Shown in pieces: positions 9,152 to 19,172 of a stretch of 64,000 bases of DNA. Below the pieces are notes generated by a model that made no database searches, was not told the origin of the DNA, and worked only from the letters and a program-made list of their open reading frames with translations. Location: NCBI GenBank assembly GCA_964530335.1, contig CAZGYG010000004.1, positions 8,104 to 72,103 on the forward strand, read 5' to 3'. Within the stretch, counting starts at the first letter, position 1. Every line of letters starts with the position of its first letter. The translations under genes were made by a program, and so were the position numbers. Origin of the DNA: an uncultured Rhodospirillaceae bacterium. GTDB lineage: Bacteria; Pseudomonadota; Alphaproteobacteria; SP197.

Positions 9152-11125
9152 ATGGGCGGATTCTTGAATCATGGCCGCACGGCGGAACGTGCGCCAGTAC
9201 TGGAAGCGGAGCCCTGGGCCGACGCCACGTCGCGCGCGGCCGAGGCCTTGCTCGGGCGCGTTCGACGTGACGGCCACTGGGCGTTCGAGCTCGAAGCCGA
9301 CGCGACGATCCCCGCCGAGTACATCCTGCTGCGCCATTACCTGGGCGAGACCGAGCCGGCGCTCGAAGCGCGCATTGGCCGCTACCTGCGTTCGATCCAG
9401 GCCGCCGGGGACGGCTGGCCGCTGTACCACGGCGGCGACTTCAACGTCAGCGCGAGCGTCAAGGCGTACTTCGCCCTCAAGGTGATCGGCGACGCGGTGG
9501 ACGCGCCGCACATGACGCGCGCGCGCCGGGCGATCCTCGATCACGGCGGCGCCGCCGGGTGCAACGTGTTCACGCGCATCCAGCTCGCGCTGTTCGGCCA
9601 GATCCCATGGCGCGCGGTGCCGGCCATGCCGGTCGAGATCATGCTGCTGCCGCGCTGGTTCCCGTTCCACCTCGACAAGGTGTCCTACTGGTCGCGGGTG
9701 GTGCTGGTGCCGTTGCTCGTGCTGCTCGCGCAGCGTCCCTCGGCGCGCAATCCGAAGGGCGTGAACATACAGGAGCTGTTCGTCCGCCCGCCGGAGCACG
9801 AGCGGCGCTGGGGCCCGCCGCGGGAGCGGACGCTGTTCGGCATCGGCTTCAAGGCGCTCGATCGGGCGCTGCACGCCGCCGAGCCGCTGTTTCCCCCGGG
9901 CGCGCGGGCGCGCGCGATCGACCGGGCCATCGACTTCGTGCTCGAGCGGCTCAACGGCGAGCATGGGCTGGGCGCCATTTACCCGGCCATGGCGTACACG
10001 GTGATGATGTTCGACGAGCTCGGCGAACGCATCGATCCCGAGGACCGGATGACCGCGCGGCGCGCGGTCGAACGGCTGGTCGCCCACCGTGCCGACGCCG
10101 CCTACTGTCAACCTTGCCTGTCGCCGGTATGGGACACGGCGCTCGCCGCCCACGCCCTGCTCGAGGCCGACGTGGCGCCCGATACGGTGCGCCAGGCGTG
10201 CGACTGGCTCGCCGAGCGGCAGATCACCGACGTGATCGGCGATTGGGCCAAGGAACGTGCCGGTTTGGCTCCGGGCGGCTGGGCGTTCCAGTACGCCAAC
10301 CCGCATTATCCGGACCTCGACGACACGGCGGTCGTCGTCATGGCGCTCGACCGTTGCGACCCCGAGCGCTACGCCGAGGTGATCGCGCGAGGCGCGGCGT
10401 GGATCGCCGGGATGCAGTGCCGCAACGGCGGCTGGGCCGCCTTCGACGCCGACAACACGTCCCACTATCTCAACCACATTCCCTTCTCGGACCACGGCGC
10501 CCTGCTCGACCCGCCCACGGCCGACGTGACCGCGCGTTGTCTCGGCATGTTGATGCAGCTCGGCTGGCCGCGTGATCACCCCAGGGTACGCGCCGCGCGC
10601 GACTACCTCGTCCGCGAGCAGGAACGGAACGGTTCGTGGTACGGCCGCTGGGGCACCAATTACATTTACGGCACGTGGTCGGTGCTGGCCGCCCTCAACG
10701 CGACCGGGGTCGAGCCCGAATTGCCCATGGTGCGGCGCGCGGTCGCCTGGCTGGTCGCGCGCCAGCACGCCGACGGCGGCTGGGGCGAGGACGGGCGCTC
10801 GTACTTCAACGGCCATGCCCACGGTAACGGCCATGCCCACGGCACGTTCGCCGAAAGCACCCCGTCGCAGACGGCGTGGGCGCTGATGGGCCTGATGGCG
10901 GCGGGCGAGGTCGAGCACCCGGCGGTCAAGCGCGGCATCGCGTACCTCGAAAGCACGCAGAAGCCGGACGGCGAATGGGACGAGGACGCATTCACCGCCG
11001 TCGGCTTCCCGCGCGTGTTCTACCTGCGCTATCACGGCTACCGCGCCTACTTCCCGCTATGGGCGCTCGCCCGCTACCGCGAGCTCAGCGAGAGCAACTC
11101 GGGCCACGTTCGTTACGGCATGTGA
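9152..11125 (+). CDS. shc: Squalene-hopene cyclase
   Basis: 657 aa, with QW repeats, DxDD catalytic motif (DLDDTAVVVMALD) and the typical C-terminus (GFPRVFYLRYHGYRAYFPLWAL). Confidence 0.95.
   Translation: MGGFLNHGRTAERAPVLEAEPWADATSRAAEALLGRVRRDGHWAFELEADATIPAEYILLRHYLGETEPALEARIGRYLRSIQAAGDGWPLYHGGDFNVSASVKAYFALKVIGDAVDAPHMTRARRAILDHGGAAGCNVFTRIQLALFGQIPWRAVPAMPVEIMLLPRWFPFHLDKVSYWSRVVLVPLLVLLAQRPSARNPKGVNIQELFVRPPEHERRWGPPRERTLFGIGFKALDRALHAAEPLFPPGARARAIDRAIDFVLERLNGEHGLGAIYPAMAYTVMMFDELGERIDPEDRMTARRAVERLVAHRADAAYCQPCLSPVWDTALAAHALLEADVAPDTVRQACDWLAERQITDVIGDWAKERAGLAPGGWAFQYANPHYPDLDDTAVVVMALDRCDPERYAEVIARGAAWIAGMQCRNGGWAAFDADNTSHYLNHIPFSDHGALLDPPTADVTARCLGMLMQLGWPRDHPRVRAARDYLVREQERNGSWYGRWGTNYIYGTWSVLAALNATGVEPELPMVRRAVAWLVARQHADGGWGEDGRSYFNGHAHGNGHAHGTFAESTPSQTAWALMGLMAAGEVEHPAVKRGIAYLESTQKPDGEWDEDAFTAVGFPRVFYLRYHGYRAYFPLWALARYRELSESNSGHVRYGM
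10808..10843 (+). repeat. Perfect 18-bp tandem duplication (x2) inside shc encoding NGHAHG-NGHAHG
   Basis: aacggccatgcccacggt / aacggccatgcccacggc, in frame; creates a His-rich insertion in a surface region of the cyclase. Confidence 0.8.
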
Positions 11126-11778
11126 TCCGCCTCGGCGTCGTCACGGGGCTGGCCGCCGAGGCGCGGCTGGCCACCGACGCCGGGCTCGCCGCGCTCGTCG
11201 CCGGCGGCGATCCGCGGCGCGCAGCGACCTGCGCCGAGCAACTCGTCGTCGACGGCGCCGCGGTCCTGGTGAGCTTCGGCCTGGCCGGCGGGCTCGACCC
11301 GGCGCTGGCGCCGGGGGCGCTCGTAATCGCCGACGAAATAATCGACGGCGCCCATCGTTGGGCGCCCGACGAGGCGAGGGTCACGCGGCTGCGCGGCGCG
11401 ATAGCGGGCGCCGTCGGCGGCGCGATCATCGGCGTCGACCGCCCGCTGGCGACAGCGCCGGCCAAGAGGGCGGCGCGGGCGGCGACCGGCGCGGTCGCGG
11501 TCGATACCGAAAGCCACGCGGTCGCGCGCATAGCCGTGGCGTCCGGCGTGTCGTTCGTCGCGCTCCGGGCGATCGCCGATCCCGCCGGCATGGACCTGCC
11601 ACCCCTGGCGCTGGTGGCGATCGGCGCCGACGGCGGGATCGTGTGGCGCCGGGTGGTCGGCTCGCTCTTGGCCCACCCAACTCAGACGGTCACCGTGCTG
11701 CGGCTCGGCCTGGCGAGTCGTCGCGCGTTCCGGGCGCTCGGGCGCGCTGCGGCGGCGCTTGCCGACCAGGCGGGCTGA
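11122..11778 (+). CDS. hpnG: Hopanoid-associated phosphorylase/nucleosidase (HpnG-like, PNP/MTAN family)
   Basis: GTG at 11122 overlaps the shc stop (GTGA). PNP_UDP_1 fold motifs (LVSFGLAGGLDPALAPGALVIADEII, AVDTESHAVA). Position immediately after shc matches hpnG. Confidence 0.7.
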   Translation: MIRLGVVTGLAAEARLATDAGLAALVAGGDPRRAATCAEQLVVDGAAVLVSFGLAGGLDPALAPGALVIADEIIDGAHRWAPDEARVTRLRGAIAGAVGGAIIGVDRPLATAPAKRAARAATGAVAVDTESHAVARIAVASGVSFVALRAIADPAGMDLPPLALVAIGADGGIVWRRVVGSLLAHPTQTVTVLRLGLASRRAFRALGRAAAALADQAG

Positions 11779-11784
11779 CGGCGC

Positions 11785-12150
11785 TCAGGCCGGCTGGAAC
11801 AGCTCGATCACGTTGCCCGACGGGTCCTCGACCAAGGTCTGGCGGCCGCCGGGCCCGGTCACGATCGGGTTGCGGAACACGGCGCCGGCCGCGCGCAACT
11901 CGGCGACCTTGGCCTCGATGTCGGCGACCTGGAGCACGAAACGGTTCCAGCCGCCGGGTTCGGGCACCCGCCCGTCGGGCATGGGCCGGGCCGCCGAGGC
12001 CAGGGGCCCCGCGAGCCACAGCGTCAGGTCGCCCAGGCTGAGGATCGCCATCGCCGGGCCGAACTGCTGCTCGAGCGCGAAGCCCAGCCGGTCGCGGTAG
12101 AACGCGACCGCGGCGTCCACGTCATTCACGAGATAACGCACGCTGGCCAT
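11785..12150 (-). CDS. VOC/glyoxalase-bleomycin resistance family protein
   Basis: 121 aa. N-terminus YLVNDVDAAVAFYRDRLGF is a typical glyoxalase-fold motif. Confidence 0.7.
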   Translation of the reverse strand: MASVRYLVNDVDAAVAFYRDRLGFALEQQFGPAMAILSLGDLTLWLAGPLASAARPMPDGRVPEPGGWNRFVLQVADIEAKVAELRAAGAVFRNPIVTGPGGRQTLVEDPSGNVIELFQPA

Positions 12151-12162
12151 GGCGTCGCCTCC

Positions 12163-14604
12163 TCACGCCTTGAGCCGTTCGCCCTTGGGATCGTGGAGCG
12201 GGCGCAGGCTGGCGCGGGCCGGAAACCGCCTGGTCGCCACCTCGATCTCGAACCGGCCCTCGGTCACGACCTCGGGCGTCACGACCCGGCCGTCGTCGCG
12301 CACGTAGCCCATGGCGATCGCGCGCCCGAGCGTGTGGCCGTAATTGGCCGAGGTGGTCAGGCCCACCAGCTTGCCGTCACGGAAAATCGGCTCGTTGTGG
12401 TAAAGCAGCGGCCCCGGGTCCTCGAGCGCGAACTGGACCAGGCGCTTGGTCACGCCGCGCTCGCGCTGGGCCAGCAGCGCCTCGCGCCCCGTGAACGCCG
12501 CGTTCTTGCCGAACGCGCAGGCGAAGCCGAGCCCGGCCTCGAGCGGGGTGTCCTCGGACGTGATGTCGTGGCCCCAGTGCCGGTACGCCTTCTCGATGCG
12601 CAAACAGTCCATGGCGTGCATGCCGACAGGGCGGACGCCCAGGTCGGCCCCGGCCTCGAGCACCCGGTCGAGCACGGCGCGGGCGAACTCGGTCGGGATG
12701 TAGAGCTCCCAGCCGAGCTCGCCGACGTAGGAGATGCGGATCGCCAGGACCGGCGCGGCGCCGATCTCGATCTCGCGCGCGGCGCCGAACGGGAACGCCC
12801 CGTTGGACAGGTCCGCGGCGGTGACGCGGCGCAGCAGCTCGCGGCTCCGCGGTCCCATGACGCCGAGGGTCGCGAAGCCGCTGGTCACGTCGGCTATGGC
12901 GACGCGCTCGCCGTCCACGGCGCGGCGCAGCCAGGCCATGTCGTGGGTCGCGCTGGCCGCCGCGGTGACGACCATGAACGCGGTCTCGGAAAGCCGGGTG
13001 ACGGTCAGGTCGGCCTCGATACCGCCACGCGCGTTGAGCCATTGGGTGTAGACCGCGCGGCCAACGGCGCCGCCCACGTCGTTGGCCGAGACGCGCTGCA
13101 GCAGCCGTTCCGCGTCCGGCCCCTCGACGCGGAACTTGGCGAACGATGTCTGGTCGAGCAGCCCAACGGCGGAACGAACCGCGCGGCACTCGGCGGCGGT
13201 GCGGTCGAACCAGTTCTGGCGGCCGAAGCTGTAGACGTACTCGGGCCTGGTGCCGGGCTCGCCGTACCAGTTGGGGCGTTCCCACCCGGCGACCTCGCCG
13301 AAGCAGGCGCCAAGGCTCGCCCAGCGCTCGTGGAACGGCGAGCGGCGCACGCCGCGCGCGGTGGCGAACTGGCGGTACGGCCAGTGCATGGCGTAGAGCA
13401 GCCCGAGCGCCTCGGACACCCGCTCGACCAGGAAGCTCTTGCGGCCCTGGTGCGGCATGACCCGGGCGATGTCCACGTCCCACAGGTCGAAGGGCGCCTG
13501 GCCGCCGGCGATCCATTCGGCCAGCGCCATGCCCGCCCCGCCGGCCGACTGGATGCCGATCGAGTTGAACCCGGCGGCGACGTAGAAGCCGCGCAACTCC
13601 GGCGCCTCGCCCAGCAGATAGCGCTGGTCCGGCGTGAAGCTCTCGGGCCCGTTGAAGAAGCGGCGGATGCCGGCGCGTTCGAGCGCGGGCACCCGGCGCA
13701 CCGCGGCCTCGAGGATGGGCGCGAAGTGCTCCATGTCCTCGGGCAGCTCGGTGAAGACGAAGTCCTCGGGAATCCCGGCCATGCCCCACGGTTTCGCCGT
13801 GGGCTCGAACGCGCCGAGCAGCAGCTTGCCCGCGTCCTCCTTGTAGTACGCGCACTCGTCCATGACGCGCAGCACCGGCAGGCCGGGGTGCGCGCCCTCG
13901 ATCGGCTCGGTCACGACGTAGAAATGCTCGCACGCGTGCAACGGCACGGTGACGCCCGCCCACGCCCCGACCTCGCTGGCCCACATGCCGGCGCAGTTGA
14001 CGACGACGTCCGCCGCGATCGTGCCCTGGTCGGTGGTCACGCCGGCGGCGCGGCCGTCGCGCACCACGATGCCGGTGGCCTTGACGTTCTCGAGGATGCG
14101 CGCGCCGCGCTGGCGCGCGCCCTTGGCCAACGCCTGCGTCGTATCGGCCGGGTTGGTCTGCCCGTCCTTGGGGAACCAGATCGCGCCGACCACGTCCTCG
14201 ACAAGGAGCAGGGGCCAGCGCCGCTTGACCTCGGCCGCGTCGATCGCCTCGGCCGGCACGTCGAAGGCGCGCGCCATGCTCGCCCCGCGCAGCAGCTCCT
14301 CCCAGCGCTCGGCGTTGAGCGCGACCGAAATCGAGCCGTTCTGCTTGAACCCGGTGGCCTGGCCGGTTTCCGCTTCGAGCCCCTGGTAGAGCTCGATCGA
14401 GTGGCGCGCGAGGCGCGTCAGGTTGGCCGAATAGAGCATGGCGCGCACCAGGCCGGCGGCGTGCCAGGTGGTGCCGCTGGTGAGCTGCTTGCGCTCGAGC
14501 AGGACGACGTCGTTCCAGCCGAGCTTGGTCAGGTGGTAGGCGACCGAGCAGCCGATGATGCCGCCGCCGACGATGACGACCTTGGCGCGGGCGGGCAGGT
14601 TCAT
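12163..14604 (-). CDS. Dimethylglycine/sarcosine dehydrogenase-like FAD oxidoreductase fused to a GcvT aminomethyltransferase (folate-binding) domain
   Basis: Start ATG (MNLPARAKVVIVGGGIIGCSVAYHL...), a GxGxxG FAD motif followed by DAO domain. The C-terminal half is GcvT-like. ~813 aa, typical for DMGDH. The track start (14667) adds 21 aa without the dinucleotide motif. Confidence 0.8.
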   Translation of the reverse strand: MNLPARAKVVIVGGGIIGCSVAYHLTKLGWNDVVLLERKQLTSGTTWHAAGLVRAMLYSANLTRLARHSIELYQGLEAETGQATGFKQNGSISVALNAERWEELLRGASMARAFDVPAEAIDAAEVKRRWPLLLVEDVVGAIWFPKDGQTNPADTTQALAKGARQRGARILENVKATGIVVRDGRAAGVTTDQGTIAADVVVNCAGMWASEVGAWAGVTVPLHACEHFYVVTEPIEGAHPGLPVLRVMDECAYYKEDAGKLLLGAFEPTAKPWGMAGIPEDFVFTELPEDMEHFAPILEAAVRRVPALERAGIRRFFNGPESFTPDQRYLLGEAPELRGFYVAAGFNSIGIQSAGGAGMALAEWIAGGQAPFDLWDVDIARVMPHQGRKSFLVERVSEALGLLYAMHWPYRQFATARGVRRSPFHERWASLGACFGEVAGWERPNWYGEPGTRPEYVYSFGRQNWFDRTAAECRAVRSAVGLLDQTSFAKFRVEGPDAERLLQRVSANDVGGAVGRAVYTQWLNARGGIEADLTVTRLSETAFMVVTAAASATHDMAWLRRAVDGERVAIADVTSGFATLGVMGPRSRELLRRVTAADLSNGAFPFGAAREIEIGAAPVLAIRISYVGELGWELYIPTEFARAVLDRVLEAGADLGVRPVGMHAMDCLRIEKAYRHWGHDITSEDTPLEAGLGFACAFGKNAAFTGREALLAQRERGVTKRLVQFALEDPGPLLYHNEPIFRDGKLVGLTTSANYGHTLGRAIAMGYVRDDGRVVTPEVVTEGRFEIEVATRRFPARASLRPLHDPKGERLKA

Positions 14605-14719
14605 GCGCGGACTCGAGTGCGATGCCGAACGGAGCGCAACCGTACACGATGCCGTGCCCGCCAGCATCGGCCGCGCGGTTCGGTGGCGCCGTCGAACCGG
14701 AGCATGCTAGCAGGGCCCC

Positions 14720-17407
14720 ATGACCGGAGAACCTAGGCCCGCGCCGTGGCACGCGCTTGGCGTCGCCGACGTGCTTGGTCGGCTCGACGTCGGGGCGAAC
14801 GGCCTCGATGACGACGAGGCGGAGCGCCGGCTCGCGCGCGTCGGACCCAACCGGCTACCCGAAGCGCCCAGGGAAGGCTGGGTCTCTAGGCTTCTCCGGC
14901 AGTTCGCCAACGTCCTGATCTACGTCCTGCTCGCGGCGGCCGGCGTCTCGCTGGCGCTCGGTCACGTGACCGATGCCCTGGTCATCCTGGCGGTGGTCGT
15001 CATCAACGCGATCATCGGCTTCGTCCAGGAGGGCCGGGCCGAACGCTCGCTCGACGCCATCCGAGGACTGCTGGCGCCGAGCGCCACGGTGGTGCGCGGC
15101 GGCCGGCGGCGGCGCATCGCGGCCGAAAGCCTGGTGCCCGGCGATCTGGTCGTGCTCGAGCCGGGCGACCGGATCGTGGCCGACGCGCGGCTCGCGCAGG
15201 CCCGCGACCTGGCGGTGGACGAGGCGGCGCTGACCGGCGAATCGCTGCCCGTCGCCAAGGCCGTGGACCCGGTCGCCCCCGAGGCCGGCTTGGCCGATCG
15301 CGCCGCCATGGTCTACGCCGGCACCCTGGTCGCCGCGGGCCACGGCCGGGGGTTCGTCGTGGCGACCGGACCGGCGACCGAGATCGGCCGCATCGGCACG
15401 CTGGTGGCGACGGTCGAACCCATGACGACGCCGCTGCTGCGCCGGCTCGCGCGGTTCGGCCAATGGCTTACCGCCGCGATCCTCGGCCTTTCCGCCGTGA
15501 CCTTCGCCGTCGGCGTGCTCGGCCACGGCGAGGACGCCGTCGCCATGTTCATGGCCGCGGTCGGCATAGCGGTCGCGGCGATACCCGAAGGGCTGCCGGC
15601 GATCCTGACCATCACGCTCGCGATCGGGGTCGAGCGCATGGCCCGGCGCAAGGCGATCGTGCGGCGGTTGCCCGCGGTCGAGGCGCTCGGCTCGGTCACC
15701 GTCGTGTGCACCGACAAGACCGGCACGCTGACGCTGAACGAGATGGCGGTCGAGGCCGTGGTCGTGGACGGCCGGCGGCTCGCCGTCGAAGGCGTCGGTT
15801 ACGCGCCCGCGGGCCGGGTGGAAACTGCTCCCGGATCGCACGCCCTGGTCGAATCCCTGGCCCGCGCGGCGCTGCTGTGCAACGACGCCGAGGTGCACGA
15901 GAAGGACGGGCATTGGGTGGCCGCCGGCGACCCGACCGAAGCCGCGCTGGTCGCGCTCGGCGGCAAGATCGGGCTGGATGCGAAGGCGGAACGCGAAGCG
16001 TGGCCGCGCGTCGATGCGCAGCCCTTCGCGGCGGAAACCCGCTTCATGGCGACGCTCAACCGTCGCGCCGACGGTGGCGGGCTGGTTTCGGTCAAGGGTG
16101 CACCGGAACGGGTGTTCGACCTCGTCGCCGGCGTGGCCACGGCCGACGGCCGCCGCCCGCTCGACCGGGACGCCTGGCATCGCTCGGCCGCCGCGCTCGC
16201 CGCCGAAGGGCATAGGGTGCTGGCCGTGGCCAGCGCCGAGGCGTTGCCCGGAATCGACCGGCTCGAGGCGCGCGCGCTGGCCGGCCTGACGTTGCTCGGC
16301 CTGGTCGGCATCAGCGATCCGCCGCGCGAGGAGGCGCGAGCGGCGATCGCGCGCTGCCGGGCCGCCGGCATCCGGGTCAAGATGGTGACCGGCGACCATC
16401 CGGAAACCGCCGGGGCCATCGCCCGCGCCCTCGGGCTCGACATGACCGGCGGAGTCATCGCCGGTGGCGAGCTCGCCGGCCTCGACGACGCCGCGTTCGC
16501 CGAGCGGGTCCAGGCGTCGGACGTGCTCGCCCGGACCAGCCCGGAGCAGAAGCTGCGGCTCGTCCGGTCACTCCAGGCGCGGGGCGAGCTCGTGGCGATG
16601 ACCGGCGACGGCGTCAACGACGCGCCGGCGCTCAAGCAGGCGGACGTAGGCGTCGCCATGGGCGTCAAGGGCACCGAGGCCGCCAAGGAAGCGGCGCAGA
16701 TCGTGCTCGCCGACGACAACTTCGTCGCGATCGCCGACGCGGTCGAACAGGGGCGCGCGATCTACGACAACGTCAAGAAGGCGATCCTCTACATCCTGCC
16801 GACCAGCTTCGCCGAGGCGCTGACCGTGGTGGTCGCCGTCGCGCTCGGCGTCGCGCTGCCGATCACGCCGGTGCAGATCCTGTGGGTCAACCTGGTCACT
16901 GAGGTCACGCTCAGCCTCGCGCTCGTCTTCGAGCGCGCCGAGTCCGACGTCATGGCGCGCCCGCCGCGCCCGCCCGGCGAACCGTTGATGTCCGGTACGC
17001 TCGCCTGGCGCACGATCCTGGTGACGGCGTTGTTCCTGGCCGGTGCGTTCGGGCTGTTCGTCTGGCAGCTCGGACGCGGCGGCGATCTGGCCACCGCCCG
17101 TACCGTCGCGGTCAACGCGGTCGTCGTGTTCGAGGTCTTCTACCTGTTCAGCGCGCGTTCCTTCGTGGCCTCGGCCATAACGCCCGCAGGCTGGACCGGG
17201 GCGCGTCCGGCGCTCGTGGCCTCGGCGATCGTGCTCACGTTGCAGCTCGCGCTCACCTACCTGCCGGCGGCGCACGCGGCGTTCGATACCCGGCCAATCG
17301 ACGGCGTGGCGTGGGCCGCGATCGTGGCCGCGGGCGCCGCCGTCTTTGCCGTCGTCGAATTCGAGAAGGCGATCCAGCGCGGGCGCGCTCAGATCAGGCG
17401 GGCGTGA
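14720..17407 (+). CDS. Cation-transporting P-type ATPase (P2-type, Ca2+/Mg2+-like)
   Basis: Cation_ATPase_N-like N-terminus, TGES, DKTGTLT phosphorylation motif, [21 protein letters not shown] hinge motif, 10 predicted TM helices. Confidence 0.9.
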   Translation: MTGEPRPAPWHALGVADVLGRLDVGANGLDDDEAERRLARVGPNRLPEAPREGWVSRLLRQFANVLIYVLLAAAGVSLALGHVTDALVILAVVVINAIIGFVQEGRAERSLDAIRGLLAPSATVVRGGRRRRIAAESLVPGDLVVLEPGDRIVADARLAQARDLAVDEAALTGESLPVAKAVDPVAPEAGLADRAAMVYAGTLVAAGHGRGFVVATGPATEIGRIGTLVATVEPMTTPLLRRLARFGQWLTAAILGLSAVTFAVGVLGHGEDAVAMFMAAVGIAVAAIPEGLPAILTITLAIGVERMARRKAIVRRLPAVEALGSVTVVCTDKTGTLTLNEMAVEAVVVDGRRLAVEGVGYAPAGRVETAPGSHALVESLARAALLCNDAEVHEKDGHWVAAGDPTEAALVALGGKIGLDAKAEREAWPRVDAQPFAAETRFMATLNRRADGGGLVSVKGAPERVFDLVAGVATADGRRPLDRDAWHRSAAALAAEGHRVLAVASAEALPGIDRLEARALAGLTLLGLVGISDPPREEARAAIARCRAAGIRVKMVTGDHPETAGAIARALGLDMTGGVIAGGELAGLDDAAFAERVQASDVLARTSPEQKLRLVRSLQARGELVAMTGDGVNDAPALKQADVGVAMGVKGTEAAKEAAQIVLADDNFVAIADAVEQGRAIYDNVKKAILYILPTSFAEALTVVVAVALGVALPITPVQILWVNLVTEVTLSLALVFERAESDVMARPPRPPGEPLMSGTLAWRTILVTALFLAGAFGLFVWQLGRGGDLATARTVAVNAVVVFEVFYLFSARSFVASAITPAGWTGARPALVASAIVLTLQLALTYLPAAHAAFDTRPIDGVAWAAIVAAGAAVFAVVEFEKAIQRGRAQIRRA

Positions 17408-18444
17408 TGAACGGCGGCGTGCACGCGCGCACCCGCGACGAGTCCCAGCGCGGCGCACGACCGCCGCGTCACCAAGGCGAGCAGCGTGAAACCGCCGCAG
17501 TCGAGCGGCAGGGCGACGTGGGGCGCCTCGCCCTCGGGCACGCGCGGCACCGTGGCCTCGGTCTCGAACAGCGCGCTGGTCGCGCCCTGGGGCGCGAGCG
17601 CGACGCTCACGTCGCGCGCGGCGACGTAGAGCCGGGGCCGGGCGCCCGGAGCCGGGCCGCCCGGCACCACCAGCCGCTGGCCTCCGGCGAGCGTCACCTG
17701 GATTCCCTCGGCCGACTCGGTCCACGCCGCGAGCTCGAGCGCGACCGCGAGCGAGCCGAGGCCGCCGAGTTCGGCCGCGTCGGCAAGGGCCTCGGTCACC
17801 CCGCCCTGGGCGCGAACCCGGCCGCCGTCGAGCACCAGAACCGTGTCGGCAAGCCGCACCGCGTCCTCGACGTCGTGGGTGACGAGCAGCACCGGGATGG
17901 CGAGCTCGCGATGCAGGCGTTCGAGGAACGGCAGGATCTCACCCTTGCGCCGGGCATCCACCGAGGCCAGCGGCTCGTCGAGCAGGAGCAGATCGGGTGC
18001 GGCCAGGAGCGCGCGGCCGATGGCGACGCGCTGAGCCTCGCCGCCCGACAGCGCCGAGGGGCGCCGGGGCAGCAGGTGGCCGAGGTCGAGCAGCGCGACC
18101 GCCTCGTCGAGCGCGAGCCGGCGGCGCTTCGCCGCCACCCGGCGAAAGCCGTAGAGCAGGTTGTCGCGCACCGACATGTGGCGGAACAGGCGCGCGTCCT
18201 GGAACACCAGCCCGACCGGGCGGCGGTGCGCCGGCACGAACGTGCGTGCGTCCTGCCACACCCGGCCATCGACCGTGAGCGTGCCGTCAGCCCGCTCGAG
18301 CCCGGCGATCAGGCGCAGCAGCGTGGTCTTGCCGGCGCCGGACGGGCCGAACAGCACGGTGATGCCCGCGGGCGGCAGGCTCGCCGCCGCGTCGAGCGTG
18401 AAATCCGCGCGCGCGTAGCGGAAGCGGAAATCGACCCCGGTCAT
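17389..18444 (-). CDS. modC: Molybdate ABC transporter ATP-binding protein
   Basis: ATG at 18444 overlaps the modB stop (ATGA). Walker A GPSGAGKTT, LSGGEAQRVAIGRAL, Walker B, and a C-terminal TOBE/Mop domain. The 3' end overlaps the convergent P-type ATPase by 19 bp. Confidence 0.85.
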   Translation of the reverse strand: MTGVDFRFRYARADFTLDAAASLPPAGITVLFGPSGAGKTTLLRLIAGLERADGTLTVDGRVWQDARTFVPAHRRPVGLVFQDARLFRHMSVRDNLLYGFRRVAAKRRRLALDEAVALLDLGHLLPRRPSALSGGEAQRVAIGRALLAAPDLLLLDEPLASVDARRKGEILPFLERLHRELAIPVLLVTHDVEDAVRLADTVLVLDGGRVRAQGGVTEALADAAELGGLGSLAVALELAAWTESAEGIQVTLAGGQRLVVPGGPAPGARPRLYVAARDVSVALAPQGATSALFETEATVPRVPEGEAPHVALPLDCGGFTLLALVTRRSCAALGLVAGARVHAAVHHARLI

Positions 18445-19127
18445 ATCCGGAGCCAGCGCCGGTTGACGGCGTAGACCAGGACGAGCACGCCGAACGAGAT
18501 CGCCAGCAGCAGCGCCGACATGCCGTGGGCGTAGCCGTACTCGAGCGATTCCACATGGTCGTAGATGGCGATGGACACCACCCGGGTGGTGCCCGGGATG
18601 TTGCCGCCGACCATGAGCACGACGCCGAACTCGCCCAGCGTGTGGGCGAAGCCCATGACCGCGGCGGTGACGAAGCCGCGCAGCGCGAGCGGCGCGGCCA
18701 CGGTGGCGAAGCGGTCCCAAGGTCCGGCGCTGAGCACGGCGGCGGCCTCGAGCGGCCCTTCGCCGACCGCCTCGAACGCGTTCTGCAGCGGCTGCACGAC
18801 GAAGGGCAGGGAATAGACCACCGAGGCGACGACAAGGCCGGCGAAGGTGAAGGTCAGCGGCTGGCCGGCGAGCCCGAGCCAGGCCGCGCCGAGCGGGCCG
18901 TTGGGCCCGAGCAGGATCAACAGGTAGAAGCCGATGACCGTGGGCGGCAGCACCAGGGGCAGGGCGACGACCGCCTCGAAGATCGCCTTGCCGCGCACGC
19001 GGGTGCGCGCGAGCCACCAGGCGAGCGGTGTGCCCACCGCCAGCAGGGCGACGACCGTGACCAGGGCGAGCTTGAGCGTCAGCCACAAGGGCTCGAGCTC
19101 GCCCGACAGCGCTGCCTCGACCGACAC
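18441..19127 (-). CDS. modB: Molybdate ABC transporter permease
   Basis: 228 aa, 5-6 TM helices, EAA-like loop (NAFEAVGEGPLEAAAVLSAGPW...). Confidence 0.9.
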   Translation of the reverse strand: MSVEAALSGELEPLWLTLKLALVTVVALLAVGTPLAWWLARTRVRGKAIFEAVVALPLVLPPTVIGFYLLILLGPNGPLGAAWLGLAGQPLTFTFAGLVVASVVYSLPFVVQPLQNAFEAVGEGPLEAAAVLSAGPWDRFATVAAPLALRGFVTAAVMGFAHTLGEFGVVLMVGGNIPGTTRVVSIAIYDHVESLEYGYAHGMSALLLAISFGVLVLVYAVNRRWLRI

Positions 19128-19172
19128 GTTGCCTCCGTCCCGTACGGCGGCCGATCTTAGCCCGGGCGTCGC

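Noticed and set aside
14605-14719. Mg2+ (M-box) or other riboswitch in the leader of the P-type ATPase.
   Set aside because: The intergenic region (115 bp, shared with a divergent gene) is too short for an M-box and shows no recognisable conserved structure.
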